Shown in pieces: positions 24,573-29,463 of a stretch of 29,463 bases of DNA. Position 1 is the first letter of the stretch, and the number at the start of each line of letters is the position of its first letter. A model generated the notes under the pieces. It searched no databases. It was given only the letters and a program-made list of their open reading frames with translations, and was not told where the DNA came from. The stretch is from Candidatus Eiseniibacteriota bacterium (lineage in GTDB: Bacteria > Eisenbacteria > RBG-16-71-46 > CAZEPH01). Both the position numbers and the translations under genes were made by a program. The stretch is taken from NCBI GenBank assembly GCA_044229145.1, contig JBGATO010000048.1, forward strand, positions 1 through 29,463, in the 5' to 3' direction.

Positions 24573-25760
24573 CTATCCGGTGGGCGGCTCGCGCCGCAGC
24601 GACCGCAGCGGACGCGACGCCTGTTGCGGCGTCTCGGCTCCGGTGCCGGTCTCGATGGTCTTCCACGTCGTCTCGGAGGCACCTGCCACACCGGAGACGT
24701 GGAGCTGGAATTCGTGCGGGTTGCTGGCGTGCCGCAGCGCTTCGTCGAGCGTAATGAGACCGTCGCGATAGAGCTTCATCAGCGACTGGTCGAAGGTCTG
24801 CATGCCGTACTGCGCGACGCCTTCCGCGATCGCCTGCGGGATCATGCCGGTCTTGCGCGGATCGAGCAGCGCTTCCTTGATGGTGCCGGTGCTGACCATG
24901 ATCTCGACCGCGGGCACGCGGCCCTTGCCGTCGGCGCGGCGCACCAGGCGCTGCGCGATCGCCGCCTGCAGCGTGCCGGCGAGCATCACGCGCACTTGTT
25001 CGTGCTGGTGCGGCGGATAGAACGACAGGATGCGGTTGATCGTCTGCGTGGCGTCCGCGGTGTGGAGCGTCGTCATCACCAAGCGCCCGGTGTCGGCGGC
25101 CGTCAGTGCGACGTTCATCGCGTCCGAGTCACGAATTTCGCCGATGAAGATGACGTCGGGGTCCTGCCGCAGGATGTGCACGAGACCTTGGTGGAAGCTC
25201 GCCGTGTCGACGCCGACCTCTCGCTGCGTAATGAACGCGCGGCGATCCTGGTGCACGTATTCGACCGGATCCTCGATCGAGATGATCTTGCGCGGCGCGG
25301 TGTCGTTGATCGCGCTGATCATGGACGCGAGCGTCGTCGACTTGCCGCTCCCCACCGCGCCGGTGACGAGGATGAGTCCGCGCGGACGGAAGGCCAATTC
25401 TTCGACCAGCGGCGGCAGCAAGAGATCGTGCGTGGAGGGAATGTCGCGGCGCACGTGGCGGAACGAGAGTGAGAGCGCGCCGCGCTGCTTGTAGACATTG
25501 GCGCGGAAGCGCTCGCCGCCCTTCTCCGGATGCAGCAGCGTGAAGGCGAAGTCGATGCCATGCGTGTCTTCGAACGCGGCGCGCTGGCGCGGCGTCAGCA
25601 ACGCGTCCACCACCTGCTGCACCGAGGATTCGTCGGGGACCGCGGTGTCCACGCGGACGAGTTCGCCGTCGATGCGGAACGCCACCGGCACGCCGGCCTT
25701 GATGTGGACGTCGGACGCCCGGCGTTCGATCGCTTCGGCGAGGAGCGCGTGGATCAGCAC
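24573..25760 (-). CDS. PilT/PilU-family type IV pilus retraction-type ATPase
   Basis: ASDVHIKAG, RFRANVYKQRG, Walker A GAVGSGKSTT, Asp box IEDPVEY, Walker B LRQDPDVIFIGEIRD, GMQTFDQSL. The PilT AIRNLIRE motif is replaced by TIKEALLD (PilU/PilT-paralog-like). Confidence 0.93.
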   Translation of the reverse strand: MLIHALLAEAIERRASDVHIKAGVPVAFRIDGELVRVDTAVPDESSVQQVVDALLTPRQRAAFEDTHGIDFAFTLLHPEKGGERFRANVYKQRGALSLSFRHVRRDIPSTHDLLLPPLVEELAFRPRGLILVTGAVGSGKSTTLASMISAINDTAPRKIISIEDPVEYVHQDRRAFITQREVGVDTASFHQGLVHILRQDPDVIFIGEIRDSDAMNVALTAADTGRLVMTTLHTADATQTINRILSFYPPHQHEQVRVMLAGTLQAAIAQRLVRRADGKGRVPAVEIMVSTGTIKEALLDPRKTGMIPQAIAEGVAQYGMQTFDQSLMKLYRDGLITLDEALRHASNPHEFQLHVSGVAGASETTWKTIETGTGAETPQQASRPLRSLRREPPTG

Positions 25761-25764
25761 GGCG

Positions 25765-26244
25765 TCAGGCGGTGGTGTCGATGAGGAAGAGCGGCTGGCC
25801 GAACTCCACCGGCGAGGCGTTCGCCACCAGGATCTTGGCGACGCGGCCGCGGACCTCGGACTCGATTTCGTTCATCAACTTCATCGCCTCGATGATGCAG
25901 ACCGTCTGGCCGGGCTCCACCATCCTGCCTTCCTCGACGTACGCTTCCGCGTCGGGAGCAGGCGAGCGGTAGAAAGTCCCCACCATCGGCGCGGTGATCG
26001 GCACCAAATGCGAGGTGTCCTCGGCAGGCGCCGCCGCGGCTGGCGCCCCAGCCGCCGATGCCGCCGCGGGCGCCGCGAGGGCTGCCGCCGGCGCCATCAT
26101 CTGCATCGGCACCTGCTGCATGACGGCGCTGCCCGCGGCCGTCTTGGTGATGCGAATGCTGTTGAACTTCTCGCGAACTTCGAGCTCGGCGATGTCCGCT
26201 TCGCTCACCAGTTCGATCAACCGGCGGATCTGGTCGAGGCGCAT
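25765..26244 (-). CDS. accB: Acetyl-CoA carboxylase biotin carboxyl carrier protein
   Basis: [27 protein letters not shown] biotinylation motif, Ala/Pro linker. Confidence 0.98.
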   Translation of the reverse strand: MRLDQIRRLIELVSEADIAELEVREKFNSIRITKTAAGSAVMQQVPMQMMAPAAALAAPAAASAAGAPAAAAPAEDTSHLVPITAPMVGTFYRSPAPDAEAYVEEGRMVEPGQTVCIIEAMKLMNEIESEVRGRVAKILVANASPVEFGQPLFLIDTTA

Positions 26245-26810
26245 CAGCCCCTCCCGACTCGTTCGAGGTAGCGCCCCGTGCGCGTGTCGATCTTCAGCGT
26301 GTCCCCGATCTCGAGGAACAGCGGCACCATCACCACCGCGCCGGATTCGAGGGTCGCCGGCTTGGTGGCGCCCTGCGCGGTGTCGCCGCGGAAGCCCGGA
26401 TCCGTCTGCGCGATCTTCTGCTCGACGAAGTTCGGGAGCTCCAGCGTGATCGGCTTCTCCTCGATGGTGCCCATCACCAGCTGCATCGCCTCGAGCAAGA
26501 ACTTGCGCGTGTCACCCAACAGCGACGCCGGGACCATCATCTGCTCGTAGGTCTCGTTGTCCATGACGACGAGGTTGTCGCCGTCCATGTACAGGTATTG
26601 CACGTTGCGGGTTTCCATCCGCATCTCGGTCACCTTCTCGCCGGCGCGGAACGTCCGGTCGATGACGGCGCCCGTCTTGACGTTCCGCAGCTTCGTGCGC
26701 ACGAACGCCCCGCCCTTGCCGGGCTTCACGTGCTGGAATTCGACGATGGTAAAGATCACGCCTTCGTGGTCGATCGTCATCCCGTTGCGGAAATCTGCAG
26801 TCGAAGCCAT
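26244..26810 (-). CDS. efp: Elongation factor P (lysine type)
   Basis: ATG at 26810; [45 protein letters not shown]. Confidence 0.98.
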   Translation of the reverse strand: MASTADFRNGMTIDHEGVIFTIVEFQHVKPGKGGAFVRTKLRNVKTGAVIDRTFRAGEKVTEMRMETRNVQYLYMDGDNLVVMDNETYEQMMVPASLLGDTRKFLLEAMQLVMGTIEEKPITLELPNFVEQKIAQTDPGFRGDTAQGATKPATLESGAVVMVPLFLEIGDTLKIDTRTGRYLERVGRG

Positions 26811-26869
26811 GCGGTGTCCCTTGTCTCCCCCGAGGTGGATCGCGACGCCGTGGGCGCCGCGCGTGATGT

Positions 26870-27316
26870 CTACGTCCGCGCCGACCGCAGACGGCCGACC
26901 AGGCCACGCAACGCAAGCGCGTACCCGTCGATGCCGAAGCCGCTGACGTGTGCGACGGCAGCGGCGGCGAGATAACTGTGTTGCCGGAACGGCTCGCGGG
27001 CGTGCACGTTGGAGACGTGCACCTCCACCGCGGGCAGGCCGATCGCGCGCACGGCGTCGGCGCATGCGAGACTGGTGTGGGTCAGCGCTCCGAGATTCAG
27101 CAGCAGTCCATCGAACGTCGCCGGCGCCGCGTGCAGCCAATCGAGCAACTGGCCTTCGTGATTGGACTGCCGGCACTCGACGCGTACGCCGAGCTCGGTG
27201 GCCGTGGCCTGGAGGAGTCGCTCCGCGTCAGCCAACGTCGCGTGCCCGTAGACGCCGGGTTCGCGCTGGCCCAGCAGATTTAGGTTCGGCCCGTTCAAGA
27301 CGAGTACCGACTCCAC
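26870..27316 (-). CDS. aroQ: Type II 3-dehydroquinate dehydratase
   Basis: LNGPNLNLLGQREPGVYG, QSNHEG, THTS, EVHVSNVHAREPFR; SD AGGAGG. Confidence 0.96.
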   Translation of the reverse strand: MESVLVLNGPNLNLLGQREPGVYGHATLADAERLLQATATELGVRVECRQSNHEGQLLDWLHAAPATFDGLLLNLGALTHTSLACADAVRAIGLPAVEVHVSNVHAREPFRQHSYLAAAAVAHVSGFGIDGYALALRGLVGRLRSART

Positions 27317-27408
27317 GAAATCGCTCCCCTCCTGGTCGTCGTGGCGGGTGGCCCGACGGGATGACGGCGCATCCTGCGCCGAAACGCCGGGACGTCCGCG
27401 CGGGGCGC

Positions 27409-28533
27409 TTAGCGCAGCACCGACTCCACGCAGGAGAGCACGATCTCGTCCGGCAAAGCGGTCGCGACCGTAGCAGAGCCTATCCCGCGCGTCAATACGA
27501 ATCGGCCCTGTCCGCCCTTCATCTTCTTGTCGTACTGCAACTTATCGAGGACCTCTGCCGCCCGGACGGCGCTTGCAGCGGTCGGCAGACCGGCGCGTGC
27601 GAGGACGTCATGCAAGCGTTCCGCGGTCCCGGCCGGCGCGTGTCCGGTCGCCTCGCTCAGACGCGTGGCCGCCACCATCCCGATCGCGACGGCCTCGCCG
27701 TGCAGGAATCGGGAGTAGCCAGTGGCCGCCTCGAGCGCGTGACCCACCGTATGGCCGAAGTTGAGGAGCGCGCGGTTGCCTGCCTCGGTTTCGTCGCGCG
27801 TGACGATGGCGAGCTTGTGCGCGGCGGTCCGCGCCACGAGGTCCACCAGAGCGGGCTGGTCGAGCTGGAGGGCCGCCACGTCCGCAACCGCTTCCAGGTC
27901 GGCGAACAATGCGGCGTCGAGGATCACCGCAGTCTTGATGACCTCCGCGAGTCCCGCGAGGAATTCACGCGCCGGGAGGCTTGCCACGGTGGCGACGTCC
28001 GCCACCACCGCCCGTGGCTGATGGAACGCGCCGGCGAGGTTCTTTCCGCGTGGAAGGTTCACGCCGGTCTTCCCGCCGAGGGCCGCGTCCACCTGGGCCA
28101 GCAACGTGGTGGGCACGTGGACGACAGCGATGCCGCGCAGGTACGTCGCGGCGACGAAGCCCGCGAGGTCGGTGGTGACGCCGCCACCGATGCCGACGAT
28201 GGCGTCGTGGCGGTCGAGGCGCGCGTCGAGCACGGCTTCGTGAAGCCGTCCCGCGGTCTCCCATGTCTTCGCCCGCTCGCCGGCAGTCAGCACGCTGCGC
28301 GTGACCGCGAAGCCGGCGTCCTGCAACGAGGCGTACACGCCCGGGGCGTAGAGGGTATCGACCGCCGCGTCGACGATGCAGTGCAGGCGCCGCGCATCGG
28401 GCAGGGCGGCGCGCATCCATTCGCCCGCACGGCCAAGGATCGACGCGCCCACGAACACATCGTGATCCCGCAGGCCGGATGCCGGTGGAGCGAAGCGCGC
28501 AGGCAGGACGCGCAGGGAGGAAGGATCCGTCAT
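27409..28533 (-). CDS. aroB: 3-dehydroquinate synthase
   Basis: GERAKT, GGGVTTDLAGFVAATYLRG, PTTLLAQVDAALGGKTGVN, LNFGHTVGHALE, HGEAVAIGM, DKK. Confidence 0.96.
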   Translation of the reverse strand: MTDPSSLRVLPARFAPPASGLRDHDVFVGASILGRAGEWMRAALPDARRLHCIVDAAVDTLYAPGVYASLQDAGFAVTRSVLTAGERAKTWETAGRLHEAVLDARLDRHDAIVGIGGGVTTDLAGFVAATYLRGIAVVHVPTTLLAQVDAALGGKTGVNLPRGKNLAGAFHQPRAVVADVATVASLPAREFLAGLAEVIKTAVILDAALFADLEAVADVAALQLDQPALVDLVARTAAHKLAIVTRDETEAGNRALLNFGHTVGHALEAATGYSRFLHGEAVAIGMVAATRLSEATGHAPAGTAERLHDVLARAGLPTAASAVRAAEVLDKLQYDKKMKGGQGRFVLTRGIGSATVATALPDEIVLSCVESVLR

Positions 28534-28542
28534 GCGCGAATC

Positions 28543-29463
28543 TTAGCGGGAGGACGTGTCGTCTGGCGAGGGGGGCGACTCGCTGTCACGCGGATCCACT
28601 CGTCCCGGGATATTGATCTCCCCCACGGGCGAGGGCATGGTGCCCAAGTGCACGCTGACCGTGAACGGTTGGCCATCGCGCATCACGGTCAACCGCGCCA
28701 CCGAGCCCGCCGGCAATTGCTGGATCATGCCCTGCAACGCGGGCCCGCTCGCCACCACGGCGCCGTTGCAGTAGGTGATCACATCGCCCTTGCGGAGATG
28801 GGCATCGTAGGCCGGCCCGCCTTGCACCACCTCCCATAGGTGCGCGCCTCGGGGAACCGTCGTCGCGATGGTGGAGTCATCCGTGCTCTCGGGATTCCAC
28901 TGCACCCCGAGATACCCGCGGGCGACGGTGCCGGTTTCCGCAAGCATCGCCGCCACGCCGCGGAGGATGTCGAGCGGCACGACCAAGCTTGCGCCATTTC
29001 CGAACACCACGCCGCGTCCGGCGCGTGCGTCGGTCGCGTCGAGCGAATTGCCGCTTCCCGGGGACACGATGCTAGCGAGCGCAACGCCGATCACCTCGCC
29101 GCGCGCATTGAGAACCACGGAGCCGGAGGCGCCGGCCGGTACCTGCGCGTTGGTCGCCAAGTAGTGCACTTCGGGATCGTCGTCGGCTCGCGGCGCGTGC
29201 GTCACGGTCCCGAATGACGACTCGATATCCGCCACACCCGTGGTGCCGACGACGAACACCCACGATCCGAGTCGCACCTGCGTTTCGGGCGGTGCCAAGG
29301 TCACGGGGCTCAGGCCGGTGGTATCCGCGGCGCGCAGGATGCACAGGCGGCTTACCGCATCCACCGCGATCAAGCGCGCGGCGCGCTCGCCTTGCCGGTA
29401 GGGCTTGATGCGGAATTGCTTCGCATGGCGCGCGATCGACTGCGTCGTGACGACGTAGCCGCC
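28543..29463 (-). CDS. HtrA/DegP-like trypsin-fold + single PDZ protein, probably catalytically inactive; 5' end outside the window
   Basis: Frame is open to the window edge: GGYVVTTQSI...ARLIAVDAVSRLCILR...YLATNAQVPAGASGSVVLNARGEVIGV...RGYLGV...GGPAYDAHLRKGDVI. Confidence 0.85.
   Translation of the reverse strand, partial: GGYVVTTQSIARHAKQFRIKPYRQGERAARLIAVDAVSRLCILRAADTTGLSPVTLAPPETQVRLGSWVFVVGTTGVADIESSFGTVTHAPRADDDPEVHYLATNAQVPAGASGSVVLNARGEVIGVALASIVSPGSGNSLDATDARAGRGVVFGNGASLVVPLDILRGVAAMLAETGTVARGYLGVQWNPESTDDSTIATTVPRGAHLWEVVQGGPAYDAHLRKGDVITYCNGAVVASGPALQGMIQQLPAGSVARLTVMRDGQPFTVSVHLGTMPSPVGEINIPGRVDPRDSESPPSPDDTSSR

Noticed and set aside
27085..27100. AroQ NLGA instead of the usual NP(A/G)A
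   Set aside because: Catalytic Arg, Tyr, Asn and His motifs are retained; likely a tolerated variant.
27365..27381. Hairpin CGGCGCA/TGCGCCG between aroB and aroQ
   Set aside because: Short, no U-tract; not distinguishable from chance in GC-rich DNA.

Overview
GC-rich (roughly 68-70% by eye) diderm bacterial chromosome segment, densely coding, with no mobile element, CRISPR array, rRNA or tRNA detected. It has four blocks. (1) A minus-strand rimP-nusA-infB-DUF503-rbfA-nrnA-truB operon, preceded by a sigma70-like promoter and a ~250-nt structured leader with a terminator and a competing antiterminator. (2) A ~2200-aa SprA/Sov-like (type IX secretion translocon family) gene with an unusual lipoprotein signal and a D-S/T-rich linker, translationally coupled to an M28 glutaminyl-cyclase-like lipoprotein. 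(3) Divergently transcribed lptF-lptG. (4) A long mixed minus-strand run: HtrA-like probable pseudoprotease, aroB, aroQ, efp, accB, a PilT/PilU ATPase wedged between accB and accC, accC, comB-like phosphatase, carA, carB. SprA plus high GC and strong Shine-Dalgarno sites suggest a non-Bacteroidota FCB-related lineage (inference only). The best leads are the SprA-glutaminyl cyclase module, the rimP leader switch, the accB-pilT-accC insertion and the HtrA-PDZ protein lacking two triad residues. All calls come from motif recognition by eye; no searches were run.
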